A DNA stretch of 64,000 nucleotides from the human T2T-CHM13v2.0 reference genome, Homo sapiens. Shown piece by piece: positions 43,031-58,079 of the stretch. The notes beneath the pieces are model-generated. The model made no database searches. It had not been told where the DNA came from and saw only the letters and a list, made by a program, of their open reading frames with translations. The position numbers were made by a program, and so were the translations under genes. How positions within the stretch are numbered: the stretch's first letter is position 1; every line of letters starts with the position of its first letter. The stretch lies in NCBI RefSeq assembly GCF_009914755.1, contig NC_060926.1; one strand, given 5' to 3'.

Positions 43031-43079
<49 letters not shown>
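43021..43079. repeat. (TGG)4(TG)~23 microsatellite
   Basis: Seen directly. Confidence 0.97.
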
Positions 43080-43082
<3 letters not shown>

Positions 43083-45084
43083 GTGACAAGCTGATTCTAA
43101 AATATATAGAAACACACAGCTCCAAGAATAGCCAAGATAATCTTGCAGGGGAACAAGGTTGGAGGATTTATACCGCAGATAAACTACAGTAGTTAAGACA
43201 GTGTGGTTTCTCATAAAAGAGTCAACAAATAGATATATTGTACAGAACAAGGAGTACAGAAACAGACCTTCACATATAAGTCCACTTGATTTACAGCAAT
43301 GGTTCTATAGCAATATCCTAGACAAAGGATAAAAGTACATTATTTTTTCAATAAATGGTTTTGGTTCAATTGGATATATGAACGGAAAAAACAAAGCTTG
43401 ATGCCTACCTCATACCATATACAAAAATCAATTTCCGTAGTACCATAAATCTAAATGTGAAAGGCAAATCAATAAAGTTTCTCTAACATTACATAGGAAA
43501 ATAATTTTATAGCCTTGAGCTAGGCAAAGATTTCTCAAATAGGACACAAAATCGCCAACGAGTAAGTGAAAAATTGCTAAATTTCACTTCATTAAAATTA
43601 AGAATATTGAGAAAAAAGACACTATTCAGAAAGCAAAAAAGCAAATAATCTAGTAGGACAAAGTAACTGTAGCATAGGTATCCAACAAGGGACTCATATA
43701 CAGGATATATAAAGAACATCTCTAAATCAGACAAGCTCTGATAACCCAATTTAAAATTGAGCAAATAATGTAAACAGGCCCTTCAAAAAAGGAGATATCC
43801 AAATGGCAAAAAAAATATGAAAAGGTACAGGACATTATTAATCATCAAAGAAATATAACTGAAGCCACAATGAGATACGACTACACACACTCCAGAAAAT
43901 AAACTAATAATACCAAGTGTTGGTGAGGATGTTCAGCAAAGGAATATTCATATACTGCTAGTAGGATATAAGTTGGTTCAAGCACTTTTGACAACTATTA
44001 GACAGAATTTACTGAAGCTGAACAGTTGCAAACCTTATGACTCATCAGTTCCACTCCTAGGCACAGACTCAACAGAAATGCCTGCATATAGTCACCAAAA
44101 GGCATGTTCATAGTAGCGTTATTCATGGTAGTCAAAAACTGAAAACAACCCGAATGTCCATTAAAAAAGGATGGATGAATAAATCAAGTGTATGGATAAA
44201 ATTTACACGATGGAGCCCTATACAACAATGGAAAAGAAAGTGCTACCACTGTCAACAATATGGAGGAATCTCACAGGCAGAATATCAATCAAAAGAAGCC
44301 AAGCTCAAAAGAATGAAACCATGCAGTTACATTTATACATAGTTTTGAAACAGCCAAAAATTAATCTATTGTGAGAAAAGTCAGGATACTGGCTAACGTT
44401 GAAGGAAGTAATGCTTATGAGGAGGCATGAGGCAGCATACTGAGTGCTTGCAATGTTCAATATCTATAGTTAGGTGGAATATAGACAAGTATGTTGATTC
44501 TGTAATAATTCATCATGGTGTGTGCACCGTTCACTGTGTATGTCAAAAGCTTTACCAAAGAAAACATTTGGAAGGCAAGGCAAGAGAGGTCATCCAGAAA
44601 CTGCCAGAAGAAGTGTGCATAAAAAGCAGTCCAGGTGAGAGTGAGTCTAAGCAGAATCTGCAAGCAAAGTCAAAAAGCAAGACTGGATTCCTCTCTTATC
44701 ACATTTTCCAGGAATCAAGTGCTTGGTCTTGCTGAAATGGAGCAGCTGCTATTCTGAGTATGAGAGAGAGACACTTAGAAGGGCTGACTTGGTCCTCATG
44801 GAAAACTCCATCACACTTGCCTCCTCTCATAGTTTTGAACCATCTTCAGTTCCTTCCTGATAGCACAAAAGGAAGAAATGTGCATGCATAGAGCTGACTG
44901 GAAAAAAAAAAGTGTCTCTGAAGATGACCAGGGAAAAATATTAGGCAGATTTCAGAAGGCAAGTGTGCAACACTGGAAGTCCAGCACACAATTCTCCTAT
45001 ATGTCAGAACTCAGCAGCACTGCTTCAGCCCTTCAGCAGCACTGCTAACTAGCACAGTTGAGTAAAGGATGAGTACAGTTGAGT

Positions 45085-45280
45085 GTCAGGATGTGCTCTA
45101 CGCCCTTGATATGTATTAACTTGTTTAATCCTCACAACAAGCCTATGAAGCATAGTTTACCATCATCATTCCATTTGACAGAGGAGGATATTAAAGTACA
45201 AAACTGTAGGCACCTTGACAAGCTCCCACTGCTGGTTAGTAGTGGAGCTGGCATTTGGCCTGTGCTCTCCACCTCTGCAA
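45085..45280 (-). mobile_element. MIR
   Basis: TTTAATCCTCACAACAAGCCTATGAAG...CCATTTGACAGAGGAGGA. Confidence 0.75.
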
Positions 45281-48200
45281 GATACCACCTCCTACTAACA
45301 CAGACCCAGATTGCCTCTGCATATTACCAAAGGCAGCTTCTGCAAGACTGGGTTCATTTCCAGAGAAATATTCTTAGGGAATTCAAATCCAATGCACAAA
45401 ATCCATGCACCTAGAAGGTAAAATGTGCCTTCCAGAGGAAAACGCTGGGATGCTGTTTGATTCCACCCCAGAGATATCACATTGCTAATAAAAAGACTAA
45501 CCTCAAATTTTTACAGAAATGACCACAAACACAAAATTTCAACTATAAGTGATGTTCTTTTCAAGAGGTCCACACATGCTATGGAAAGTCTCATTCAATC
45601 CCAGGCTCAAGTCCTGCTCTTTATTCTATAAAACTGAACGACAATGGGCCCTAGCAAAAAGTTTTTCCCTTTATTGACAATGTCTCAAGGGCACACTTGT
45701 CCATCAAGAAAACCATCTGTATTGGGTTTCTAGCCATTACTCCAGGCAGTGCCTGTAGGACGGTGGCCTCCCAATGACACCACAGCCCCTGGAAGCCACT
45801 TGGCACTTGTCTTCAGAAGCAGCACATCAGCTTTGCAGGAGAGCTGTCCCCTGAGCTAGCACTGCTGAGACCCTTCCCTCTGCCCTCCCTCCTATCTGGA
45901 GTGTTCCAAAAGCAGGCTGACAGATGGGGGTTCCCGTGAGCATTCCTTGCTGCATCTAAGGGCTGGAATGTGGGCTGAAATGTGGGAGCACAGAGGTACA
46001 CTGGCCCAGCGATCCCACCCTAACTCACTGGACCCTGAACCTGTCCACACTGGGAAGGTCTGCATTGAGGTATAGCACGGCTGCTTCTTCTGAACCACAT
46101 CTTTATCATTTATGGGGATTTGTAAATATCAGCTTCCCATCTTGGCAAAGAAGTGAATGCACAATTTGGAATGTGTTATAGATCAGCTGGGTCATGGTTA
46201 ACAAGCCCATTATTTTCTAGCACACAATCTATTCATGCCCCTCTCAAGTCATTCACAGTCCCCTCTCTGTTTACAACCGATGGAGTCAACTCCGTCAGAA
46301 ACCACTATACCAATACCACTGAGACTAAAAAGAAATAACAAATGGACAATGTGGTTGCTAAGTGTGTGGGCCTGTTGTTGGTGCTGTGCCTAAGTGGAAG
46401 AATGGATGCTGTTGCCTCAAGGATCACCTTCCAGGGAAAGGAATATGGCTCTGCATACTTCTTTCCAGATCATTTCTACAAAATTTCAAGTCTCATCCAT
46501 TGCAATACAAAGTTTTGTGTAAGTGGAAAATGTTGTCCAAAAAATGCAAGACAAGGACAAAATAATTGTTCCGGTTTCTAATAGTTCTATTAATCATGAT
46601 ATTTCATTCTGATGTTCATACTCCTACAGAGTTTCCATGCTCATAATCTAGTTTAGAGCCTGACACCTTCCTCCCACACTGGAAAAACTCTAGCCCCCCG
46701 CCCCCCTTGAATCCTGAAAAAGAAAAGGAAGGCAAGTTGTATTCTCACCCTTGGGCCTTCTGCCCACATCCCCTGTTCTGGTATTGGTGACCCAGGCACA
46801 CATCAAGTTCTTGAGACAACTGCGGAATCATAGCCTGAGGGCTGAACAGCTGCTTGGCTGCCTGCGCTCAGTCAGTTTGGCTTTGAAGACCCTGCCTTAA
46901 AAACAGAGAGGTTGTGGATGGGGGAACTCTGCGCAGACCAACCCCAGCAGGGGAGTAGAGAGCCCACCTGAGCCTCATCCCACCTTCACTGATCACAGGC
47001 TGCAGGGCCTCAAAGAGGCGGCTCAGCATTTCTGAACCTCATTTTTCTCACCTGTAGCCCCAGGATAGTTAGATCTATTTACAGGGCTGTTGTGAGATTT
47101 AAATAAATTCACACATCAAGCCTAGCTCACTAACTAGCACAGAGCACCAGTCATACATCTTAGTGTGTAGCCGAGAAATGGCGTCAGATGGCTGTGCTGT
47201 GGGAGGAAGGCCTCTGCTGGGGGATGTTTCTCCCTGTTAACAAGCCTGCAAAGCCCACCCTCAGCTGCCTCTCACCCACCACCCCCACCACCTCCAAAGA
47301 AAGAGACCAGAGCTCTGGTATTTATTTCTGTTAGACAATAATGTTTCAGTGTTTCTCTGTCAATAAAGGTGCAGGTAATTCTTCAGCTTAATTAAAAGAA
47401 AATAATGCCCAGAACACACACAGATGAGCGCTCTGCTAATCCAGCCACAGCACCCTTGGTGACCGGCCTCAGACCACTCAATTTCTAGAGCAGCCCACAG
47501 GCCACAGATGCTACTTCATGGTCAGTATCTGCTCTGTTTCCTCCTCTGCAGACACTGGCTGTCAGCCTTGGACTTTTCATTTGTCATTGGGTTTTTCTCT
47601 GAAATATCACTCTTATTTATTTTGCCCCAACCTTTTGATATGCACAAGTTTCATTTTTCAGAAAGGAAAGATAAGCAAGACAGTCAACCCGAGGGAATGG
47701 TTTTGAGATTTTTACCCACATCTGATCAATATATGTTACAAATCATAAAAACTTTTAAGGCTTTGTTCCAAAAGAGAGAAAAGAAAAAAGAAAATCCAAG
47801 AATGCAACTGGGGAGACTCTTAAAAGAGTTCTGCAAGCCCCTCACTCCCAGAGGGTCTTCAGTTGGTGAAGAGATTTACAGATTTACAGATTTTATAGTA
47901 ATTTTACTAAAGATCAGATTTCTTAAAAAAAACAAAAACAAAACAAAACAGAAACTCTACCCAAAAGTTTCCCTTTCTTCTATTGATGCTCATTGACAAT
48001 GCTATGGATAAATCACTCTCCCAAGAGTCTTGCTCTGGGAATTTATTATTTCCGTTTTTTGCTTTTTAAGTCACTGTCATTTGCTACGGTATGTGCTACT
48101 GGCATTACTAGTGACCCCGCAATGGGCTTGATGTTCTCAGCCCTGCCACAGCTAGGATGCCCTGGGCCTGCCACCTCCACGAAGGCACTCAGACTTCCGC

Positions 48201-49073
48201 ATGGAGTAGGCAGTTCTGACCCAAACCTTCATACAGAGCCTCAAAGTACAACCATTCCCAATTGGGTTTGTTTTTATTGTTGGTGAGGAGGTAGAGTATG
48301 GTGTGGGGGCAGAAAGGGGGTTCTGTTTTGGGGAAACACAAGGCAAGGCAGAAAGCCACTCAGAGAGGCAAATAGGAGAGCAGCCTCTTCTGCAACCATC
48401 ACACTTGGAGCCCACCTTCCAGCTGCGGGGACACAGTATTGTTATCTGTCGAAAAGGCAAGATGACGTCTGGGTGTCCTTGATGGAGCTCTGTGAGGCCC
48501 TGGGCCTCAAGTGGGCTCTCCACTCCCCTGCTGGGGTCGGCGTGCAAAGGGAGTGTGCCTGCTCCTTGAGTGCCTCGTCTTTCCACAGCAAAGGACGACG
48601 TGCGTGGATTTGTTCTTTGTGCTCCCAGCAAGGGTTAATCCAAGTAATGACTGAAAATGTCTTTGCCAAATACGTAAAACACAATCTCAGCCCCAAGACT
48701 AAATGGTTTCAATTCCCCTCCTGCTCGACATCCTCCCTCCTGCCTTCACGATAACTCCAGGCGGACGAGCCGGGCAGGTTAGCAAGCGCCAGGACTCCAT
48801 CCTCCCACAGCCGACGCACAGACCTCTCTGCCTTTCTCAGAATAACCTTGCTGCTATTCTTACTTCTGTTCTGTGTCACCTTACTTGAAGCTTTCTTTAT
48901 TTTATTACCAGCCAGAGGGCAAAGGTTTCTTCATGGAGTGCCATCACCCACCGCTGCTCCCGGGTGACAAGGTTATTCCTTTCTGCTGGCCAGAAAGCAG
49001 CCACGACAGCCATGGCCAGCCCTGAGCCAGGGTAGAGAAGGGTGTGTGTCTGTTACCCAGGAAATTGGGGATT

Positions 49074-49230
49074 TCTCTCTCTCTCTCTCTCTGTCTCTCG
49101 GTCTCTCTCTCTGTCTCTCTAGCTCCCGCTCCTTAAGCTTTCCAGGTGTCTTACACCATATCCACTCTACATTTCCACTGCATTTCCATTTCCATTTCCA
49201 TTCCATACTACGTTTCCACTGGGGCTCATT
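49074..49230. repeat. (CT)n followed by a short (CATTTC)n repeat
   Basis: Seen directly. Confidence 0.85.
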
Positions 49231-49284
49231 GTTAATGAAGCCAGTTCCCAATAATGCTTTTATTCAGTGGACTCAGGCACAACT

Positions 49285-49470
49285 GGACTCCAACCCAGCT
49301 CCCGAGTGACCAGCTGAGACCCCAAAAAAAGTCACTCAACCTCTGAGCCTCAATTTCCCCGCCCAACAAATAAGGATGATACAGGTCTTACTTCCTGGGA
49401 GGGGGGCAGTGAGACAGAGTGTGGAAAGTGTTAGTACAGGGCCTGGCACATAGTCAATGCTCAGTAACAG
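49285..49470 (+). mobile_element. MIR
   Basis: AAGTCACTCAACCTCTGAGCCTCAATTTCC...CCTGGCACATAGTCAATGCTCAGTAA. Confidence 0.75.
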
Positions 49471-49967
49471 CTCCAGAGGTGCTGGCTGGGGTAGGACCAT
49501 CCATGCTATGGACAGTGACAGCTGGGGGCAAAAAGATGCATGGCATCTAGTCGAATCTTTTCACTTTACGATGAGGAAACCAAGGCCCAGGAATTGGAAA
49601 TGAGTTTCCCAAGGGTACTCAGACATGTCTAGGCACAGGTGGGATTGGAAGTCGTACCTCCTCACGCCCCATGCTCTCCCTGGGACCAGGCTGCCTAAGG
49701 CCTGTCACACTGCTTCACTTTCGACAGCTGGAGGTCTTATACAGAGGGTCTCAGCAGTGAGACTGCCCAGGTGAGGATGAAGCAGAAGGAAACCTGGTTC
49801 AACTTGGCATGTACTTTATATCCAACAGATACTTCTGATCACAATTACCAACCAAGCTTCTAAGATTGAAATATGATAGTGTTTTCACAGCTCATTATTT
49901 TTCCTGAGAAACAATGAGTGTAATAAAGACAATTAAAATCAAGTCGATGGCTCAAGAAAAGCCATCA

Positions 49968-50240
49968 ACTTTGGGAGGCCGAGGTGAGCAGATGGCTCAA
50001 GTTCAGGAGTTTGAGACCATCCTGGGCAACATGGTGAAACCCTATCTCTACAAAAAAATACAAAAATTAGCTGGCCATGGTGGTGCATGCCTGTAGTCCC
50101 AGCTACTCAGGAGGCTGGGGTGGGAGGATAATCTGAGGCCAGGAAGTTGAAGCTGCAGCAAGCCTTGATTGCACCACTGCACTCCAGTCTGGGCAACAGA
50201 GCAAGACCCTGTTTCAAAAAATAAAAAATGAAAAAAAAAA
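49968..50240 (+). mobile_element. 5'-truncated AluJ
   Basis: Starts at ACTTTGGGAGGCC; flanked by AAA(A/G)GCCATCA repeats. Confidence 0.93.
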
Positions 50241-50494
50241 AAAGGCCATCAGGTCAAACCCATGGGCTGTTCAGACTAGGATGTATCACTCACAGTCCTG
50301 GACATGAGGTGTTTGGAGAGGGCTTTCCTCTCAGAACCAAAAGATCAGTGGTTCTGACCACTAACCTTTAAGTGAGTGGTCCCTAAAATGCCCATGTTTC
50401 CTCCATAGCTCATTAGGGCTCAGTCTTAGTGTCAGCAACTATCCTTCTCATCAATTTTCAAACTATTTGGATTTTCAAGCAAGACCTTCTCTCA

Positions 50495-50832
<338 letters not shown>

Positions 50833-51142
50833 CAGTAAATTCCAAATGTTGACCAAGTTTTCTGTCCTAGACTTCTGTGTTGAGCGTTTTAAGGACTGTC
50901 TGGGGTCTGCGTCCACAGCGTGGTGTTTGTGCGTACCCCTCACCGCAGCACCACTGCCACCCTGAATCCTGCCATTGCTTGATCTCCCATCAAGCCTTTC
51001 TCAGCCTTACCCACTGAATTTGGACAACAACCCTGAGAGGCAGGTCCTGTCAGTCCCCTCACCTTACTTAGGAAGCATATCAGGTTCTGAGAGGGCAGAG
51101 CCTCACCCAGCAAGGAGAAGCCAGGATCTGAACCCAGGACTC

Positions 51143-51955
51143 TGTGATGAACAAACTTGTGCTGTGGTCTCATCAAAATACCTGTTTGTCTTTGTCCATG
51201 GTTTCTGGCACAGAGCTTCCCAAACCCTTCGCATTTCCTGAGTGATTCCACTGTGCTTTGTTATTCAGAAACAGCCCCTTATACAACTCCTACCTGAGTT
51301 TGCACAAAGGAGGTGGCCCTCGCATAGTTTCAGGGGAGAGGCTGGCCACGTCAGAAAGGCCAAGCACGTGATTAGAGAGTTGGAGGTTTCAGCCCCACGC
51401 CCTGATCTCCAGGGAGCAGAGGGAGCTGAAAATTTGAGTTCAGTCACATGCCAATGATTTCATCACACATGCCTACTTAGTGAAACCCTGGACAAATACT
51501 GCAACAGTGAGGCTTGGGGACTTCCTGGCTGGTGAACATAATTGACTCTCTGGGAGGGTGCAGCACCCTGACTCCAGCGGGACAGAAGCTCCTGCACCTG
51601 CCGCTGTCCCCGCCCCCACCCCTGCCCCAGACCTTGCTGCCCTACATCTCTCCATCTGGCTGCTCATTTGTATCCATTATAATAAAACTGTAGTTGTAAC
51701 CTGTAGCACATTCCTGAGCTCTGTGAGTCATTCTAGCAAACCATCCAACCAGAAGGGAGGTCATGGGAACTCTCAAATTTGTAGCCAAGTTGGACAGAAG
51801 TATGAGTAGCCTGGAGACCCAGGACTTACAGCTGGTGCCTGAAGTGAGGACAGTCTTGCCAAGCCCCTTCACCTGTGGGGTCTGCGCCAACTCTGGGTAG
51901 TTAACATCAGAATTGAACTGAGGTGTGGGACACCCAGTTGGTGCCAGAGAATCCG
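51143..51955 (+). mobile_element. LTR, MER21(C)-like
   Basis: GGTTTCTGGCACAGAGCTTCCCAAACCCTT; CCTGAGCTCTGTGAGTCATTCTAGCAAA; TCAGAATTGAACTG. Confidence 0.8.
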
Positions 51956-52441
51956 TGCTGGACGGACAGGCCCTTCACCCCTCCCAGGCCCTGGAAGGAG
52001 CCTCGCCTTTCCTCCTCACCAGCTTCTCCCTGATCACATGCCTGTCTTTTGATGCAATCAATAACAATAACCGCACACTTTCTCCAGCTCAGAGGCTTCC
52101 TGATTGTGTTCCACATGGTACCAGATTGTTAATAGAGCATCAAGAGGGGTTGAGACCTCGTAATTTTAATACTGAGGGGCAGATAATCTAGCCTGCAGTG
52201 GGTTGAAAATACACGATGAGAAACTCAAAATGCAGTTCTCTCTCCTTCCCTTAAATAAGGTGTTCACATGGCCAGCATAAGGCATAATGCTCAGATGGAA
52301 ATATTTTGAAACACAATTCTGAAAGGCCCATCATCAGTAACGTGTGGGGCAGAACACATGGGAATCCCCACTGAGCAGTGTGTGCCCGACAATCAGTGCT
52401 AGCATAATCGTTTCACAAAGGTTTAATAGACTACCTTATAA

Positions 52442-52675
<234 letters not shown>

Positions 52676-53109
52676 TAAGTTTGCCCTAGATGATTCCCTC
52701 CTATGCTCACTGATGTTACCCACACATTGCTGATATGGTCGACAGGCCCTTTAAATAAAGTTTCCCTTTCTTTCGTTAAAACAGAGACCAATAATGGGGG
52801 ATTTTACGTTCTTTCCACAAATTCACTGGGAAAACACACAGTTTTATTTAAGACCATTTTTCCTTTTGAAACCCAGCATGTGATTCTCTAGCTTATTCTC
52901 CTAACTCAACACATAAAATTCCCCATGTCCCTAATGTTCCCTCGACCTCCTCAACGAAAGTGAACTGAAGGCTCCTCCAACAATAATACTACATTACACA
53001 TTTACATTTCCAAATTACTTTCACACACATTACCCTGTCTCATTCTTTTTCCAGAGCAGAAAAGCTATTGCCATCTTCCTTTTTAAATATGAGAAGACCA
53101 AAGCCTCAA

Positions 53110-53320
53110 AACTAATGGCAAGCATGTATTCAACATTTCTCCTGCATGGGCCCAAGTCAGTTCCATATATTTCCCCATTTGATCCTTTCAGCACCCTATG
53201 AGACCAGTGCTATTAGTGGCCCAGTTTACAGAGGAGGAAACTGGACTCAAAGAAGCCAAAGAGATTACTTAGGGCCATATAGGGAGTGAGTGGCAGAGCC
53301 AGGCTTCTTACTCCTGAGTA
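53110..53320 (-). mobile_element. MIR
   Basis: CCCAGTTTACAGAGGAGGAAACTGGACTC...GAGTGGCAGAGCCAGG. Confidence 0.75.
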
Positions 53321-56300
53321 TACAAGGCCACCTCTGTGGGCTCCCGGCCTGGGGCTTCTTACCACTGGGTGCCTGTCTAGGGTGTAAGCTTCCAGGCCTT
53401 GTTCCCCCGGGATAATCCAATAGATCTGGACCCAATGGCATGAGGGCACATGTGCCCTGTCTCTTTCAGCTTCTTCCTCCCCCAGCCCCTTCCTACTAAT
53501 ATTCTCCCTTATGAAGTTGATGGAGTCAACGTCAGTGGACAGAAAACTCGCACATCTACTCACTCCTCAGACCCCCGGCACCTCCTGCATCTCAAATCTC
53601 CCTCCTGCTTTCATGCCCACTCCCTTCTCCTGGGTCTCCCGCCACAAGGATGATTCCTTCCCAGCCTCCTTCCCTGGCACCTCCTGTGCCCTGAGGTGCA
53701 GTCGTTCTCCAACCCTCAACACTCAGTGCCACACCCCTGCCATCCCTTCAACCACTCCCTCCATGCGGAGGCTGCACGTTTCCAGACGGTGGAGCTAAGG
53801 CCTTCAATTTGTCATATGTTTGGCCTAATTACTGGATGCATAGTATGGGTGAAATAAACATTCGTTTAATTGAATCATAAACCTATAAATAGAAGTAGCT
53901 AATGGTTTAAATGAGTAAGGCATGGAAACCACTAATGATAGAAGAGTTAGACAGATGAACTTGCTTCTACTCACTTAATTCTCACCAAAATGCTACAGTA
54001 GATGACATTCTTGTTCTCATTTTGCACTTGAGAGAGGAGAGTTTTAGAGAGGTCAGGTGGTTTTCCCAAAATGACATAACTAGTAAATAGCACAGCCATG
54101 ACTCCAATCGCAGCCCTCACTCCAGGCCCTTGCCTGGTCTGCAGCAGTAGCTGACTAAGTGGCCTTAGCCATTGTCCCCACCCCTCCAGTCTCCTGGGGC
54201 TCTTCTATAAAATAAGGGAATTAAGGTGGTGATCTCTAAGGCCCATCTCAACTCAGAAACCCTGCAGTCCTCTCTAGAGTTCTGTTAGTGACATGCATTC
54301 TGCCAAAAAAAAAAAAAAAGAAAAAAAAATCACAGGGCCGGAGACTCAGATTTTGTCAGTAGATGTGATTCACACTGTACTTCCTGCCAATGCATGCAAC
54401 CTCTGTGCAAAGCCCTGGACAGAGATGATTTTCACTGTAATTTGGGAAGGGTGCCTGAAGAAGGGATGAAGAGGGAGAGAAAAACATCTCTTTTCAAAGA
54501 TAATAATGCCTAAGCCTCGCTTTATTTCATTTGTGAAAATCATTATGTATTTTTGGCCTGAGAGCAACATCTGAGGCTTAAACCAGGACCAGCTTTGAAT
54601 TGCAGACACAAGCTGCTGGATGGGACTTGTGGTGTGCACCCATCCCCCAACTCCAGGCTGTGCTGAGACCCCAAGCCACCGGCCCTCCTGCCCTCTGGTT
54701 TCCTTTCTTGGGCTCCTCTTGCCCCAGGAAACCCCTTCTTGCCCTGTCCAGAGCTTTTTTCTTTCCTCACATCCCAGTCAGACTGTGGGTGCCAGGAGCC
54801 CCCAGCAGGACCCAGTCCCTCTCCCCACCAGTGCCTGGCTCTCCTTCCTCCCAGCTCTGGCACCTAGAGAGCCCATGTCCCTCATACAGCTACCTCCTGC
54901 AACTCCAAGACGTGCCAGGTCCCAGAGGACCCTTGGGAAGCAAAGGGTGGACTCTGTTTTGCATTTTTGCATTTTTCTCCTGCAGAACAGCACCCAGGCA
55001 GTTAGACCATTGCTCACAGCCTGACACCCAGCTTCTGAGTCAACCCAGAACCTGCCAGAGAAGGTGAAACCGAGAGGCTAAACCAGGAACCTCTGTGAAT
55101 CTCAGCCAGGAACGGAGCAAACCACAGACTCTCCTAGAACCAGCAGCGAGGGCAGGGCAGCAACCTTGGAGGCCGACTCGGCTATGCTTTGACTCTACAT
55201 TCATCCCCAAGGAAGCAAGGCTTCTGTAGGCAGCACTAAGGACAAGGATGCCCAGGGCCCTTCACAAATCCTACACATCAGTGGGACAGGCAGGAATTGG
55301 CTTCTTACGAACACCAATAGGGTTGAGCATGGTCTGGAAAACAGACGGGGTGAAGGGCTCCAACCCCACCACTTCTGCTGCTCTGTGATCCTGGAGTCTC
55401 ATCTGTGACATCTGTCAAATTATTTGTTCAAAGGGTCGTTATGAGGACTCAATGAGATAATGTATCTGCAGCTCAAGATAGCTGTTATCAACTCCCTTAC
55501 AACTGTTCAGAGGCTCTTTGCTTGGATTTTAGTTCCACAAACGTGCATGTTTACAGAGTGACAGACAGCACCCCTGTGAGAACACTGCCTGAGAACACGG
55601 CATTAAGTCATTCCAAATGCCGTCTCCCTCTGCTGGCTCTTTCCATCCTTCCAAAGTTTAGTCTCCACACTTCACATCACTGTTGGTGGTCGCTGCTCTT
55701 ACGAAGGCCAAACACACAGCAGGAGGAACTAGACAGATGACAACCATCACTCCCTAGGGTCCTGTGCGCTGGGCAGGATGTAATCCATCTCGATTTTTCC
55801 ATCAGCGTCCTAAGGACTGAAATTGTGATCTTTCACTAACTAACGGTAGCCAAGCAGTACCTGGACCCATGCTTACTTCAAGACAGTATCTCCTGTTTCT
55901 GAAGATTCCTTTAGGCTATATTTCTTTTCTTAGTTGAAGTGGGAGTTCCAACTCACCAGAAAAATACACTTTATGTTTTGGCGGATAAAATGTCTTGAGG
56001 TCTGGATTTTCCACTATCCTTTTTTAAAGTGAGAATCTGCTCTGGCCAAGTTCTCCTCCTTAAAGGCATTTGACCAAATTTATATCCCCAAAAGTTTGGC
56101 TCTGAGATGAGCATAAAGAAAAATAAATTCAGCACAAAGGATCTGGAAAAGACAGGCCAGAGGTTGGCACATTCTTCCAGGGCCTGGGGAGGCACAGGCA
56201 TGAGGCTGCAGACCCTCCCTTCCCCTAAACTGCAGATGATCTTCACTCATCTGCTTCTTTCGCTGCATTTTTTTTTTGAGTAGTTTTGAGTAAGAATATT

Positions 56301-58079
56301 AAACACACACACACCCATACTCATTTTGAAATTCCAAGCCCAATTCATTTCTCTCATTTCACAGGTAATAAACGGGTGGCTGGGAAAGGAATGATTGATT
56401 AGCATTGGTCATGCTTAAAATCCAGGTCCCCTCACTCCACGACCAGTGACCTGACCACAAACTGCTTCCTGGCCCCGGGAAAGGGGTCTTGAACATCCCA
56501 GCCCACCAGAACCATCTCAAACCAGGGCTCTTCCCCAGTAGATTCTCAAAAATATGCCAATGGAGGGAAAATGGTTCTTTGCTAAGTAAGTCTTCTTTAG
56601 CCATAGATACTCCAATGTTTTTTTCTGTGTGTTCACTTGGAGACTGGAAATCCTTTACTGGATAGAACAGAGAAGGCAAACTGGCTATCTGGAGAACAGA
56701 TACTATTCCTAAATGTGTTTGTTTGACCTCATGGTTATGATTTTTGTTAATGCAAGGAGTTATCGACATTTAAAAATGAAGCATTTTTGCATTTAAAAAG
56801 TTTCGATTCCAGCTTCTCTTGGAAAAAAAAGATCAGAAAATCTAGCAACGATGGGCCCTCCTTTTCTCATGGCAAAACTTGGCTAGACCTCAGTGCTTTG
56901 TTCCATCGAGATGGGCATGTGTTCCACATTCCCCGCAGCCCCCACTCCCCTCTGCCTCACAGCCGGCCCTCTGTGCCCACCACCACCTGCCCACCGGGAG
57001 GCATGTCAGCTTGCACCCCAGAAGTCTACCCTGGAGCCTGGTTCTCTCATAATACACCCCTCTCCTGCCTCAGGTTCCCCACTCCTACCCCTACTCCCAT
57101 CGAGTTGCCCCTCAGAGCGGAAAAGGGAAGCAAACTTCAGCTAGCTTCTGGAACGCTGGAAAAGCCACCCCCACCTCACAGTGTTTCCACATCTGACATA
57201 GTCGGGCAAAGAAATCACTGTTGAGTAAATAAATGAAGGAACTGTCATTAGTACTGGACCTGTTTGTATGTCTCAGGTCTGTTTCGGTGCTGGATTTATC
57301 AAAGCATGATATACTATGTATCTAGTGAAAGTATTAATATGTCTTTTTCCACAGAGAGTAAAATCTAAAGGGACAGAATTATTCAATAAGGCTCTCCAAT
57401 ACTTCTGATCCAAAAAAGACAAAACTCATGCCATTGCCTGCAAAGATGAGATGGGCCAGAAATAAGCGTGGAGAGAGAAGCCTCCCAGGAGAGCCCGCCT
57501 GGTCCTGGCATCAGGTGGAGTGACCCAGCAGGGGGCTGCAGGCTGGTGGGGAATGCCTGTCCTCACACTGAGCCCTGCAAAAATCTCACAGCCTCCTCCA
57601 CTCCTCTTCCTAAACTTAAACTAACCCATCTCATCCTTAATATGCCTTGGAAATAAAAGCAATATTTGACTCTGCTGCCTTCAAGTTTCTCTTCCCTTAT
57701 CACTTCCTTCCACCTTCCTTCTGTGATGCTAGCCCAGGAGTGTGAAGCCTGGCCTCTCCCCATGGCACCCAAGGTGACCCTGCTCTCTAATGACACAAAT
57801 CTATGGTGCTTCCCCCTTCACTGTGCACCCTCCTCAGACAGCACATTTACATCTTCATAAATGCTCCCCAGAAAACATGTATGCGTGTGTGAGAAAGTGT
57901 GATGAAGCACTGTGCAGGCAGGGTTTTAAAGTAGTCTTTAAGGTCTCGAACTCTTTCTTCAGGTGGAATTTTATGAGAAACTGCAATATGAGAAACAAAT
58001 CATGGGGCTTGTCTCAGACTGAAGAAGGTTTTACAAGTGTAATCTGAAAACCTCTGCTCTGAGTGTGGTCCACATGTGG

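Larger units (their letters stand above)
42800..44560 (+). mobile_element. L1ME-type ORF2 3' half and 3' UTR
   Basis: TATGTTCATGGATCAGAAGA; CCTACCTCATACCATATACAAAAATCAATT; TACCAAGTGTTGGTGAGGATGT. Confidence 0.88.

Noticed and set aside
49180-49230. CATTTC/CATTC repeats as satellite II/III
   Set aside because: Only a few degenerate units; an ordinary microsatellite
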